Positions 1 to 12,978 of a DNA stretch of 64,000 nt are shown here, one piece after another. Numbering within the stretch: position 1 is the first letter of the stretch; each line of letters starts with the position of its first letter. Location of the stretch: positions 21,588,632 to 21,652,631 of the forward strand of contig JAHRHZ010000021.1 in assembly GCA_024137785.1 (NCBI GenBank), given 5' to 3'. Position numbers and translations under genes: made by a program. Under the pieces are notes generated by a model, which was not told where the DNA came from, searched no databases, and saw only the letters and a program-made list of their open reading frames with translations. The stretch is from Ginglymostoma cirratum (lineage: Eukaryota).

Positions 1-1050
1 TTGTCCTAACTAGGTAATCACAGATTTTTTTCTCTGGTCCTTGATTCTTGCAATGAGGTATGTAACCTTTCTGTATCAACTTTGTCAAGTCCCCTCAGAA
101 TCTTTCAATCAAGTCTCCTTTCATTTTTCAATGAGGCCCAACTTACTCAACCTTTCCTCATAAGACCATCTCTCTGTACCTGGGATCAACTAAGAAGATC
201 TTCTCTGGATGCCTCTAAATCCAGTATATCTTTCCTCAGATATGCAATCAAAATAGTTCATAGTATGCCATAGTATGCTACATAGCAAGATTTCCCTATT
301 TTTATATTCCTTTCCCTTTGAAATAAAGTCAACACTCTATTTGCCTTCTCTATTACCTGCGGAACTTGTATGTTAGCTGTATATGTTTTATGCACGAGCA
401 CACCTCTGTGCTGGAGCTTACTGCAGTCTTTCTCAATTTAAATAATAATCAGCTCTTCTTTCTGCCAAAGTGCATGACCTCACATTTTCCCAAATTCTAC
501 TCTATCTGCCAGATTTTTGCTCGCTTGCTTCCCCTGTCTATATCCCACTGCAGATTATTTGTTTCATTCCCCACTTACTCTTTTTACCTGTTTTTGTGTC
601 ATCTACAAACTTGACTATAGTACATTCACTTTCCTTATCCAAGCCATACATATATACAGCACATATTTATTTTTATATAGAGTGAATAATTGTCACCCCA
701 GCACTGATATTTGTGAAATTCCACTAGTTACAGCTTGTCTTCATGACAATGTCCCCCTTATCCCAAATAAATAGCCTTTTTCCTATTAGTTAGCCAATCC
801 TATGTCCATGCTAATCGACCATCTCAAACACCATGAGCTCTTAAATAAAACAGAACTGTGGATGCTGAGTTTCTGAAACAAAAACAGAAATTCAGCAGGT
901 CTGGCAAGTCCAGAGAACATTCTGTAGAGCTGAACCATGGGCCCTTATTAAGCCGCTTAATGTGTGCCACCTTGTTTCTCTGGTTAGTCATTGTTGGCTT
1001 ATCCATATCCTGGAAACCTTCCTCCCACTGGGATATATCTTTGAGTCATA
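1..1050 (-). mobile_element. Decayed CR1-type LINE fragment (RT C-terminal region), with a short Penelope pLTR piece at ~845-915
   Basis: Colinear by eye with the better-preserved minus-strand CR1 copies at 11043-11834 and 37270-38945; no intact ORF. Confidence 0.65.
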
Positions 1051-1599
1051 AGTTATTTTCTTAAGTGTCTGTATTGTTCTTCAACCATCTTCGCTACTAA
1101 TCTCCTTTTTCCGTCCACTCCAGCTAGCTCTACCCTCATTCCTCAGTTTTGACAGTCGTCTTGATTTTTTTCATTTTTCAAGAGTCATATTTGGCAGTGA
1201 CACAAGAACTTAAGATTGTGTGCTCCAGACTTTGCATTTGCAAGCATCCGCGATAACAATTGGCCTCCTGCAGTCCTATTTAGACCCCCACCTGAGGTAA
1301 CACATTCCTTAAATGCTTTTAAAACCTCAGGGCCAGATCCAAAAGGACTTTGGACCAGAACATATTTAAAGCAAGCTACTGTAACTGACAAATTAAGTTG
1401 AGCTTGAAGGAACAGTAAGATGAATTTTGAGCAAATGTGATATTAAAAATGTGAGGTGGGAGAAAGCATGACCAAGAATTTTTCTGGCATGGTGTTATAA
1501 GTAGACACCCAAAATTTATGCTGCAATCTATTACATTTCTGCTTTAGCATAGTCCTAATGGAACGTGAGAAAGGCAGTGGTGTCATTAACCATCTTAGA

Positions 1600-1800
1600 A
1601 ATCTATCAGGTACGCCTCAGGTCTATATGTGATTCCGGACCCACCATTGGTTAATTCTTAATTGTCTTTAGAAATGGCCTATTAAGCCTCATGGTCATAG
1701 GCATCCCGCTATACAACAAATGCTCAAGGCCAGTTTGAGATGGTTCGTAATTCTGGCCTTGCCAGCGATGCCCACTTCTCATGCACAAATAATTTTAAAA
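1600..1800 (+). mobile_element. 3' part of a tRNA-derived SINE with LINE-derived tail
   Basis: Tail 'ctggccttgccagcgatgcccac...aataattttaaaa' matches tails at 27755-27890 and 57065-57410. Confidence 0.55.
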
Positions 1801-3116
1801 ATTGCCATTTTGTTTTAGGTGATTTGAATGCTTGCGACACCTACCTTAAACAGAAGTTAGGCTACTTTTATATGCAAATTGGAATTGGACAATAGTGGTA
1901 GGATCCTGAATTTGAAATTCATGAACAAATAGGTGGAGGTTGGGCTGTACTTTCTCTGTCTAATTGTATCATATGTTGCTCAGCTTTCCTTATTGTGGCT
2001 GCTGAAGGCTGTTCCAAAGAAATAGCATGAGGAATTCTGTCTTTTTGCTTTTGCACGTAGGGGATGTGCTCTATCTGCTCCTACAAAAATAAATCTGGCT
2101 AACTGCTGTTGTTTTTTGTTAATGTGTGTTAAAATTTTTCGCAGCAAGTTATAATAAAAGATCATGTCAGTAAAGCATGTACAAACTTGAACAGAACCAT
2201 CTATTTGTTAATGTTAACATCTCCGCAGCAATGATTCAACAAATGGTGTATGACCAGATTTGAAGAGTCTCAATTATGTGTTGTTAGCTGATCTTTTGGA
2301 GCAAAACATAAAGCAAGAAATTACTATTGTCATGCATTTACAAAGCAAGTTCTACTGTTCTGTCTCACTTAGTCATGTATGGAAACCTATTGTTACAAAA
2401 TGCTCATTGGTGCTGCGCTGTATTACTGACGGGTAGGAGGATGTGGAATGACTACCATAGCATTGCTATGGATAAATTATTACAGATAACTACTCAAAGG
2501 TTAAAGCATTTTTATTCTCAGACCGTGGACATCACTTGCAATGCCAGCATCCAACCCAAGTCGGGTTTTATGTCGATGATAAACCATCCTCCAAGATATT
2601 GATGGGAGATCGAGAGATGGCAATATCATTGAAAGTCAACTGGAAGCAATTCAACTTTCTCGGAGATTGTCATTGCCTTATGCTTTTGTGGCATTATTAT
2701 AATTTGATCAAAGCTTGAATCTTAATAAGCTCTTGCAGCTATGGCCACATAAACTCCATTCACCATACATTGCACAATGAAGCAAAATGATGTGCAATCA
2801 TCAGTGAGCAGCTCCACTTCTGGCCTTTATTATTTGTTCTCAGGGTTTGGCCAGCGCGAGTTATGCCAGCATTTATTGCTCATCTCTAATTGTCCTGGAA
2901 AAGGTGGTGGTGAGCTTCCTGCTCAAACCACTGCAGTTCTTGGGGTATAGGGGCTTCCATGGTTCTGTTAGGAAGGAAATTCTAGGATTCTGTCCCAGTG
3001 AAGTTCTGGAGGAGAGAAAAGCATTGATGGAGCAGAACTAGGGTACTGCATGAAAAGTTCAGCAATTGCTTAGGGCTAAGATTCAAACAACCATAGTCAT
3101 CCTTGTGCTAGGTATG

Positions 3117-3225
3117 GTATTTTCTCATCAACCTTTTCAGAGATGTTATTACCCACTTCAAGAGGAGATGGCACCTCAGCACATGCCTCCTGGTTCAGCA
3201 GAAGGGACACTACTACTGTACGATA
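3117..3225 (-). mobile_element. Short (~110 bp) tRNA-derived SINE with 9-bp TSD
   Basis: Reverse complement matches the SINE at 17563-17679; flanked by direct repeat ctaggtatg (3108-3116 / 3226-3234). Confidence 0.65.
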
Positions 3226-3754
3226 CTAGGTATGACCATACCTAATGGAGTGGTTTCCTCTGATTCCCATTGACTTCAATATTATAGGGTTTCATGGCAC
3301 CATACTTCGTTGAAAGCTGCTTTGATATCCAAGCCAGCCACTTCGACTCATCCAGGGAATTTAGTTTTTTAATGCATTTTTGGACTAAGACGGTAATAAA
3401 ACCTGGAGCTAAGTGATTCTGAGTTAGCTGGGAACCCAAACCATCAGTGAACAGCTTTTCTTTCTTTGTGCTTTCAAGGAATTTGGGCAATGCTGGATCA
3501 GGCATTATTTGTTGTCCTTTGTCAGAATAGTGATAAAATACGGATCACGAATTTTCAATTGCTATCATTGGCTTTTACTACCTGAGACTTTCATGGGCTT
3601 TTAGTTAAAAGGTACTGACTTAAAAATAGCCAAACTGATCACCTGACCACAGGTTGAGCAAATGTCCAGAAAAATCAATGAGCGATAAACAAAATCAACG
3701 GAACTAAAATGAATACTTTTAATAAATAGACTGAAACAAGTAGAATGTGAAAAA

Positions 3755-4284
3755 TAGATAACAAGGTGTAGAGCTGGATGAACACAGCAGGCCAAGCAGC
3801 ATCAGAGGAGCAGGAAGGCTGATGTTTTGGGCCCAGACCCTTCTTTAGAAAAATGGGTGGCTATGAGTACCAGCATGGGCCCAAGCTATGCCTACCTCTT
3901 CATAGGTTACATGGAACAATTCCTCTTCCGTACCTACACTGGCCCTAAACCCCACCTCTTCCTCTGTTACATTGATGACTGTATCGGCACTGCCTCGTGC
4001 TCCCACGAGGAGCTCGAACAGTTCATCCACTTCTCCAACACCTTCCACCCCAACCTTAAGTTCACCTGGACCATCTCCAATACCTCTCTCTCCTTCCTGG
4101 ACACCTCCGTCTCCATCTCTGGCAACCACCTAGAAACCGATATCCATTTCGAGCCCACCGACTGCCACAGCTACCTCGAATACACCTCCTCCCACCCACC
4201 TTGATGCTGCTTGGCCTGCTGTGTTCATCCACCTCTACACCTTGTTATCTCAGATCCTTCGGCATCTGCAGTTCCTGCTATCTC
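3755..4284 (+). mobile_element. Internally deleted Penelope-like element (inverted pLTR end + RT fragment + pLTR end)
   Basis: ORF 3827-4204 has Penelope RT motifs (MGPSYAYLF..., YIDD, HPNLKFTW, SFLD); 3756-3804 is the inverted copy of 4202-4250; 13-bp TSD agaatgtgaaaaa (3742-3754 / 4285-4297). Confidence 0.85.
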
Positions 4285-4834
4285 AGAATGTGAAAAAATT
4301 GGCGTTTTCTTATTTTAACTTACACCAAGCTATATTTCACATATTGAATATGAAAGACTTGCCTGCAATTATTCAGCTTGGAAACAATGACCCAAGACCC
4401 AGGAATACATAAATGAGATGTATTTCCAGTAACCGCATTGGCAGAACAAAGAAGCTGGATTTGTAACAGTTGAGCTTTGTCTCTCCAGTCTGATTCAGGA
4501 TTGACAAAACAATATAATCAGAAGCATCCAAACACTCAAAGGTATCTGCATTCGTGGTGGTGATTCAGGACACCACCAAGCAACCTTTCTTAACTTTAAC
4601 TTTTTAACTGCTGTGTCTTTAATATTTTCCTTCGGGTCAGTGAGTAAAATTCCACTTCCTTTCACTGAAGAAAACCTTCTAATTGGCGCCTTAATGTTTC
4701 TGGTGAACTACATTTAAATTGGGGTATGGAGTAGCAATGTACTAAAACAATCATTACATCTTTGTTTGGCCAACTGAGGAGTTGAAGAGATGGAGCTGAA
4801 TCACTCGCTTTCAACTGCTCATGACAACATTCAT

Positions 4835-5105
4835 AATTGCCTTTGCACTGAGAGGCTTTCTTTGATGGTTTCAGGGGCTGTTTAAGAGCCAACCTTATTT
4901 CTGTGGGTCTAGAGTCACAGTTAGGCCAGACTAGGTAAGGATAGCAGATTTCCTTATCTAAAGAACATTTGTGAAATAGATAAGTTTTTACAATAATTGA
5001 CGATAATTTCCCAGTCACTGTTCAGAAGACTGGTTTTCAATTCCAGATTTGTTAACTGAATTTAAATTCCACCTACTGCCATGATGAAATTTGAATCTGT
5101 TCAAA
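4835..5105 (-). mobile_element. tRNA-derived SINE, same family as 57065-57410
   Basis: Reverse complement is colinear with 57065-57410. Confidence 0.55.
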
Positions 5106-5194
5106 AATTTGCAAGTGATATATTGTGTAATAGCGTTGTTCAATGACTCTGAATTGTCTTTAGTGTATTTTAAAAGCCTTTCTCCTATTTCTCT

Positions 5195-8100
5195 CCTATC
5201 GCTGTTGCGGGAGGGAAGAGAAGGGGTGAGGGCAGAAGTGTGGGAGATGTGTTGGACCTGTTTGAGGGCCCTGTCGACAACAGTGCTGTGGCTATCCTCA
5301 GTTGAGGAAGAAGGTGGTCATTTCGAAGGCTCCCTTGTTGAAGTTGGCCTTATCAGTACATATGCGACTGAGACGGAGGAATTGGGAGAATGGACTGGAG
5401 TCTTTACAGGAAGCAGGGTGCAAGAATGTATAGTCCAGGTGCCTGTGGGAGTTGGTGTGTTTATAGTGGATATTAGTGGCTAGTTGTTGACAGGGCTGTC
5501 AACCAGGTCTGAACCATCTCCCACATTTCTGCCCTCACCCCCTCCCTTCCCTCCCCCAACAGCGATAGGGCTCCCCTTATCCTCCCCTACCATCCCACCA
5601 GCATCCACTTCCAGAAGATCGTCAGATGCCATTTCCACTACCTCCAGCAAGATGCCACCACCAGACACACATTCCCCTCCCCTCCTTTGTCTGCCTTCCA
5701 CACGGACTGTTCCTCTGGGACACACTGGTCCACTCTTCCTTCACCCCCAACACCCTCCCACAGCCCTCACGGCACCTTCCTCTGTAACCAGCGAAAGTGC
5801 AGCGCCTGCCCATTTAACCCCTCCCGCCTCAGTATTCAAGGGTTCAAACAAACCTTCCAGGTGAAGCAACACTTTACCTGCACTTCTCAGAATCTAGTCT
5901 GCTACATTTGCTGCTCACAATGTGGTCTCCTCTACATGGGGGAAATGAAGCATAAACTAGGTGGCCACTTCGCAGAACATCTATGATCTGCCTGCTTAAA
6001 AGACCCTGAACTTCCAGTCGCTTTAATACACCAACTTGTTCCCTGGTCAACATCTCTGGCTTGGTGCAGTATTCCAGTGAAGCACAGTGCAAGCTGGAAG
6101 AACAAGACCTCATTTTCTGCTTGGAGACCCTGCAGACCTCCGGACTCAATATCGAGTTCAATAATTTTAGGGTTGAACTCTCCTATGTCCTAGCCCCCAA
6201 CCCCACACACCAGGCCTTGTTATCATATAGCCTGCCATTATACACTACCTATTGTTAGTCACTAACAGTCTCCATTAACAGCTATTCACCCTCCTAGCCA
6301 GATCATTATCAACTCCTTTGTCTGTCCAACTGTTCTTCTCACTCTTTGGGCTCCATCCCCAGCTATCATTCCTCCACATCCACTCCCCCCATCCTATCTT
6401 CTGCATATAAACTGACATTTTCCTTGTTATCATCAGTTCTGAGGGGGGTAGCCAGACCCAAAACGTTAACTCTGATTTCTCTTCATGGATGCTGCCAGAC
6501 CTGTTGAGCTTTTCCAGCAATTTCTGTTTTTGTCTCTGATTTATCGCATGTGTAGTTCTTTTGGTTTTTATTTAGTATTTAACTCACTGCTACATCTCTT
6601 CTAGGCATGCCCACCTTGAAGAAGTTCCCTTTCCTCTCTCCAACTGTTGTCCAATCTTTTTCCTTGTCCACTGACATTAATTTCACTGTCACTCCTGGTA
6701 TTGGCTAAAGCTTGCTTCCACAGCCACATCACATTCCTCAGAGATTGCCTCCAGCTCAGAATCACCCCACGTGGATTCCAAAAGAAGTTTCATCCCTCAT
6801 TCTTTGAATCCTCCCAGGATCACAGACTTCTCAGTTACATTCAATGTTCCACAGATAGCTGCTCTCACCGCAACCTGAGAACCACACTCAGTGCCATGTC
6901 ACCTCACATGCACACACTCAACCTCTCTCTCCAACAGCATCACAATGCATTGGCTCAGTTCCACTCTGCAGCTCTGCTTCATCCTCCAGTTCATTCGATG
7001 TGCTAGCAAGAAACTTTTTATTTTCCTTTCAGGCATCAAGGCACACAAGATGCAACAACTCATGGCCCCCTGGAACATTCCTCCCCTCCCCTTCCCTCTG
7101 ACTCCGTCACCTACCCCAACCACCTTCTGTCTAGTATTCACCATCCCTCCTAACCTTCCACTCTCCAATGCTGAACATTCTGTACTCAGCAATTGTCTCA
7201 GTCCCCACCTTAATGAATTTTGGTACGACATACACCTAACGCTTCTTTCGTCATCGCCTCCGTGCCCATTCCTTTGATCAAGAGTTCGCTCCCAGTCCCA
7301 CAGGCTCCTTTGTCGATCTCCAACACTCTCCCTCCACCTGGACCCCTCCCTCTGGCCTTTTACCTGCACACAATCTTGTCATTGAAAACTGTCGACATGA
7401 CATTGATCACCTCAATTTCTCTGCCTCCCTCACCCAATCCAACCTGTCTCCCTCCGAACTGAATGCACTCTGTGAGCTTAGATCCAGCTCTGATTTTGTT
7501 ATTAAGCCTGCCGATAAGGCGTACTGATCTCTACATTGCAGAGACTGAGTGCCAGCTGTCAGATACCTCCTCCTAGATTCCCCTGGACCGTGACCCCACC
7601 ATGGCCCGTCAGGCAATTGTACCTACCACAGTCACTGACCTCATTTCATCAGGTGATCTCCCCCAACCTACTGCCTCCAAGCTGATAATCCCCCAGCCCC
7701 CCATAGCTCGCTTCTACCTCCTTCTGAAAATCCACCAACAGGACTATCCGGGCAGATGTATTGTTTCAGTCTGCTCCTGCCCCACAGATCTCATCTCTTT
7801 CTACCTTGACTCGGTTTTTTTCTCCCCTGGTCCAGTCCCTGCCCACGTACATCTATGATTCTTCTGAAGCTTTACGCCGTTTTAGAATTTCCAGTTTGCA
7901 GGCTCCATCTACCTCCACTTTACCATGGACATGCAATCCCTTTACATGTCAATCCCCGACCAGGATGGTCTCAGGGCTCTCAGCTTCTTCCTGGGGCAAA
8001 GGCCTGAACCGTCCCCACTCACCCACCACCCTCCTCTGCTTGGCTGAGCTCGTCCTCACCCTCAACAACTTCTCTTTTAACTCCTCTCATTTTCTTCAGG

Positions 8101-9576
8101 TCAGAGGGGTAGCTGCGCATAGGGCCTAGTTATGCCTATGTCTTTGTAGGGTATGTGGAACATTTCTTATCACCGTCCTATTCTGGCCCCCACCCGCAAC
8201 TCTTTCTCCGATATATCAACGATATCATCGAAGCTGCTTCCGTCTCTTGTCTGGTATTGGAAACATTCATTGATTTTGCTTCCAATTTCCATCCTGCCCT
8301 TACTTTCACCTGGTCTATCGCTGGTTCCTCCCTTCCCTTCCCCAACATCTCTGTTTCCACTTCTGGGGATAGACTGGCCACTAATATCCACTTTAAACAC
8401 ACTGACTTCTACAGCTACCTGGACTATAAATCCTCACACCCTGCTTCCTGTACAGACTCCATTCCATTCCCTCAGTATCTCTGTTTCCATTGCAAATGCT
8501 CAGATGAGGCCAACTTCCACAAGGGAACCTCCGAAATGCCCACCTCCTTCCTCAACTGAGCACTTTTGTCGATAGGGCCCTCAATTGGGTCTGACCCATC
8601 TCCCGCACTTCTGCCCTCACCCCCTCTCTTTCCTCCTGCAACGATAGGGTTCCCGTTGTCCTTACTTACCAGCCACCAGCATCCACATCCAAAAGATCAT
8701 CAGATGCCATTTCCACCACCTCCAGCGAGTTGCCACCACCAAACACATAGCCCCCTCCTCTCTCTTGTCTGCCTTCCACAGGGACCGCTCCCTCTGGGAC
8801 ACCATGGTCCACTCTTTCTTCACTCCCAGCACGCCCCTACGGCACCTTCCACTGCAGCCACCAAAGTTGTAACATTTGCCCATTTACTTCCACCCTCCCC
8901 AGTATCGAAGGACCCAAAAATGCCTTCCAGGTGAAATAGCACTTTACCTGCGCACAATGTGGTGTCCTCTACATAGGGGAAACAAAGCGTAGACTGGGTG
9001 ACCACTTCACAGAACATCTGCGTTCTGCCTGCAAGAAAGACCCTGAGCTTCCTGTTGCCTGTCACTTTAATACACCAACCTGTTTCCTGGCCAACATCTC
9101 TGTCTCTGGCTTGGTGAAGTGTTCCAGCGAAGCTCAGTGCAAGCTGGAAGACGAACACCTCATTTTCTGCTTGGGGACCCTGCAGACCTCTAGACTTGAT
9201 ATCGAGTTCAACAATTTTCGGGCCTGAACTCTCTCATGTCCTAGCCCCCAACCCCACACACCAGGCCTTGTTATCACGTAGCTTGCCATCACACACTACC
9301 TATTGTTAGTCATTAACAGCTACTAACTCTCCTAGCCAGTTCGTTCTCCACTCCTTTGTCTGTCCAACTGTTCTTCTCACTCTTTGGGCTCTCTCCCCAC
9401 TATTGTTTCCTCCTTGCCCCTCCCCCCCAACCCATCTTCTGCATATAAACCAACGTTTTCCTGGCTACCATCAGTTCTGAGGAAGGGTCACTGGACCTGA
9501 AATGTTAACTCAGATTTCTCTTCACAGATGCTGCCTAGACCTGCTGAGATTTTCCAGCAATTTCTGTTTTTGTCTC
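5195..9576 (+). mobile_element. Penelope-like retroelement, partial tandem (inverted fragment 5195-5484; 3' unit 5485-6535; near full-length unit ~6540-9576), frameshifted
   Basis: RT motifs (RFYLLLKIH, LTLNNFSFNSSHFLQVRGVA, LFLRYINDI, FHPALTFTW); GIY-YIG endonuclease (CSQCGLLYMGEMKHKLGGHFAEHL); 5485-6535 and ~8565-9576 are direct repeats ending in the same pLTR. Confidence 0.9.
9470..9515 (+). ncRNA. Minimal hammerhead ribozyme motif in Penelope pLTR
   Basis: atcagtt-CTGAGGA-a-gggtc/actg/gacct-GAAA-tgtta-actcagat: both core boxes, stem II and a bulged stem I. Activity not established. Confidence 0.6.
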
Positions 9577-10867
9577 TCAATCATCAGGCTTTCCTGAGTT
9601 AAAAAAATAGTAATTTTATCACCTGCTAACCCTCTTAAAAATAATAAAGATGTGTGATTAGTGCTCTGCTCTTGAGAAGTAATGTGGATGCTCTAACACA
9701 CACAGGTATGAAGTGAAGTATAGGCAAAGCCTGGTATAAAGATAGGTAAAGGAATATAAGTGCTTGTGAGGCATGAGGCTTTAACATTAGACAACAACTG
9801 GTCAGTTGGATCAGGGACTGTTGCCGAGGGACGCACTAACATTAAGGGCAGCTTCTGCCAAGGCACAGTGGGGAAGGGCCTTTCTGCCGAAAGTGTGTTT
9901 AGGTGTCTGTTTAGTCATTGGACTGCCAACCCTGGTGCCTCAAATACATGTAACTATAGTCTTGTACAAGTAAGAGATGTCTTTGAAATTTGACTCTGTC
10001 CAAACAAACCAATGTTTATTTGTTTCCCTGATATACCACTGTACAGAACCGAACTGCATTTATGATGATGTTCAAAAAGGCAAAGATATTTTTATGTATA
10101 AAGTATACTTTTGATATTAAAAAATCCACAGTAATGGTTATTACAGTTATCCATTCAGTTCACAGTTCCTTTCCACTCAGTACTGTCATAGGGTGCTTTC
10201 TCTCCTTAGGAGACGATTAGAGAAAGAGAGTGTCATCAGATGGAATGCAGTGCTGCATTGTTAATTTCACCTTTACTCTCTGGAAAAATGCAGCTGCTTG
10301 TAATACATGATATCTCATACCTATGGAAGTTGTAGTTTTTAGGCTTGTTAATTGTAGGTGTGGCTTTATCCACAGCGTGCAAATGTTCTCACGAATCAAA
10401 ATTGGAGACAAACAGGCTTTCGTGCCTGGTTTCACTGCACCTAAAGAAATTATTAGTTTCAGCTCAGGTGGTTTCTTATTTAATTTACATTGGTTTCACG
10501 TAATTCAGCCAACCTGTGCCCATTTTGAATGAGTGTTTTTTTTAAAGACAATTTCAGTAAGTGAAAGTTATGGGTATTAAATCAGATGATACAATTTTGA
10601 ACATGTGGCATCTATATTTTCATAACATTATGATAACCCTCTGCTGTTTATAAAGCTGAGAATCAAATATGCTGTATCAGGAAAGCTAATAGAATATTAT
10701 GCTGTATTATGGGGAGAATTGAATGCACCAGTAGAGATGTTATGCTTCAATTACATAGGACATTGGTGAGACCACATCTGGAATACTGTGTACAGTACTG
10801 CTCACTGTACTTATGGAAGGATGTTAATGCATTGGAAGCAGATCAGAGAAGATTTACTACACTAATT

Positions 10868-11967
10868 GGGCAGCATGGTGGCTCAGTGGTTAGCACTGCT
10901 GCCTCACAGCGCCAGGGACCCGGGTTTGATTCCAGCCTCGGGCATCTGTCTGTGTGGAGTTTGCACATTCTCCCCATGTCTGTGTGGGTTTCCTCCCACA
11001 GTCCAAAGATGTGCAGGTTAGGTGGATTGGCCATGCTAAATTAGACCATAAGACATAGGAGTGGAAGTAAGGCCATTCGGCCCATTGAGTCCACTCCACC
11101 ATTTAATCATGGCTGATGGGCATTTCAACTCCACTTAGCCACACTCTCCTTGATTCCTTGCGAGATCAAGAATTTATCAATCTCTGCCTTGAAGACATTC
11201 AACGTCCCGGCCTCCACAGCGCTCTGTGGCAGTGAATTCCACAGGCCCACCACTCTCTGGCTGAAGAAATGTCCCCTCATTTCTGTTCTAAATTGACCCC
11301 CTCTAATTCTAAGGCTGTGCCCACGGGTCCTAGTATCCCCACCTAACGGAAACAACTTCCGAGCGTCCACCCTTTCTAAGCCATGCATTATCTTGTAAGT
11401 TTCTGTTAGATCTCCCCTCAACCTTCTAAACTCTAATGAATACAATCCCAGTATCCTCAGCCGTTCATCGTATGTTAGGCCTACCATTCCAGGGATCATC
11501 CGTGTGAATCTCCGCTGGACACGCTCCAGTGCCAGTATGTCCTTCCTGAGACGTGGGGCCCAAAATTGGACACAGTATTCTAAATGGGGCCTAACTAGAG
11601 CTTTATAAAGTCTCAGAAGCACATCTCTGCTTTTATATTCCAACCCTCTTGAGACAAATGACAACATTCCATTCGCTTTCTTAATCACGGACTCAACCTG
11701 CAAGTTAACCTTTAGAGAATCCTGTACTAGCACTCCCAGATCCCTTTGTACTTCGGCTTTATGAATTTTCTCACCGTTCAGAAAATAGTCCATGCCTGTA
11801 TTCTTTTTTCCAAGGTGCAAGACCTCGCATTTGCAAATTGCCCGTAGTGTTCAGGGAGGTGTAGGTTAGATGGGTTGTTGGGGGAAGGGTGTGGGTGGGA
11901 TGCTCTGAGGTTCGGTGTGGACTTGTTGGACCGAAGGGCCTGTTTCCATACTGTAGGTGATTCTATG
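10868..11967 (+). mobile_element. HE1-type V-SINE (10868-11042 and 11835-11967), split by a CR1 insertion
   Basis: tRNA-like head with A box TGGCTCAGTGG and B-box-like GGTTTGATTCC; V-domain 'tgtgtggagtttgcacattctcccc...ccaaagatgtgcaggttagg'; CR1-like tail. Confidence 0.9.
11043..11834 (-). mobile_element. Young 5'-truncated CR1 LINE (ORF2 C-terminus open, 231 aa)
   Basis: ORF 11125-11820 (LYKALVRPHLEYCVQFWAP, FFSQRVVGLWNSLP); 5-bp TSD aaatt (11038-11042 / 11835-11839). Confidence 0.92.
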
Positions 11968-12150
11968 TAATACCTGGAATGAACTGATTGCTTAATGAGG
12001 AAAGGCTAGATAGAGTAGGCCTGTAGCCTTTGGAGTTTAGAAGAGCCGAAGGTGACTAAATTGTAACATACAAGATCCTGAGGAGATGTGCAAAAGATGC
12101 TTTCTCTTGTGAAAGAATCTAGAACTGGGGATAATAATTTTAAACCTAAG

Positions 12151-12978
12151 AGATAACACAGTGTGGAGCTGGAGGAGCACAGCAGGCCAGGCAGCATCAG
12201 AGATGCAGGAAAGTTGACGTTTTGGGTCGGGACCCTTTTACAGAAAATGGGTTGGGGAAGGGAGCTCAGAAATAAATAGAGAGAGGAGGGATAGGGCTGG
12301 GGAAAGTTAGATGTGATGGTGATAGGTGTGTGCAGGTAGGTAGTGGAGGGGACTGGTCAGTGAGGTGGGGAGGGGCGGATAGGTGGGAGAGAAGATGGAC
12401 AGATTGTGTCAGGGCAAGGAGGCGGGGATGAAAGGGAGGGTTGGTCATGGGATGAGCCTGGGGACGGGGAGATTTTGAAACTTGTAAAATTGGGCCGTAG
12501 GCTCCCAAGGCGGAATGTGAGGGGCATTCCTGCAGTTTCCAGGTGGGGTCAATATGACACTGGAGGAGGCCCAGGATGGAGTCCAGGGAGTGGGAGGGGG
12601 AGTTGAAATGGTTCACGACCAGAAGGTGCAGTTGTTTGTCACGAACAGAGCACAGGCACTCTACAAAGCAGTCTCCGAGCCTCCACTTGGTCTCACCGAT
12701 GTAGAGCAGGCCACATCGGGAGCAGCGGATACAATAGACCACATTGACGGATGTGCAGGTGAACCTCTGTCTGTTGTGAAAGGTTTGTTTTGTGCCTTGA
12801 ATGGAGGTGAGGGGGGATGTGTAGGGGCAGGTGTAGCACTTCCCGTAGTTGCAGGGAAAGGTGCTAGGGGTGCTGGGGCTAGTGGGGAGTGTGGAGCGGA
12901 CAAGGGAGTCGCGGAGAGAGCGGTACCTATGAAAGGCAGATAGGGGTGGGGAGGAAAATATATTTTTGGTTGTGGGGT
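12151..12978 (-). mobile_element. Penelope-like element 3' part (GIY-YIG + pLTR)
   Basis: ORF 12266-12742 begins VYCIRCSRCGLLYIGETKWRLGD; pLTR end matches 3756-3850. Confidence 0.88.

Larger units (their letters stand above)
10675..12150 (+). mobile_element. Old CR1 LINE 3' fragment (10675-10866 and ~11968-12150), interrupted by an HE1 SINE
   Basis: Translation RTLVRPHLEYCVQY...QRRFTTLI resumes after the SINE as PGM...EERLDRVGL.PLEFRR. Confidence 0.8.

Noticed and set aside
10868-10940. tRNA gene
   Set aside because: tRNA-like A/B boxes are the head of an HE1 SINE; the same applies at 17563, 20975 and 57065.
11125-11820. Longest open ORF (231 aa) as a host gene
   Set aside because: It is the C-terminus of CR1 ORF2 in a 5'-truncated, TSD-flanked insertion.
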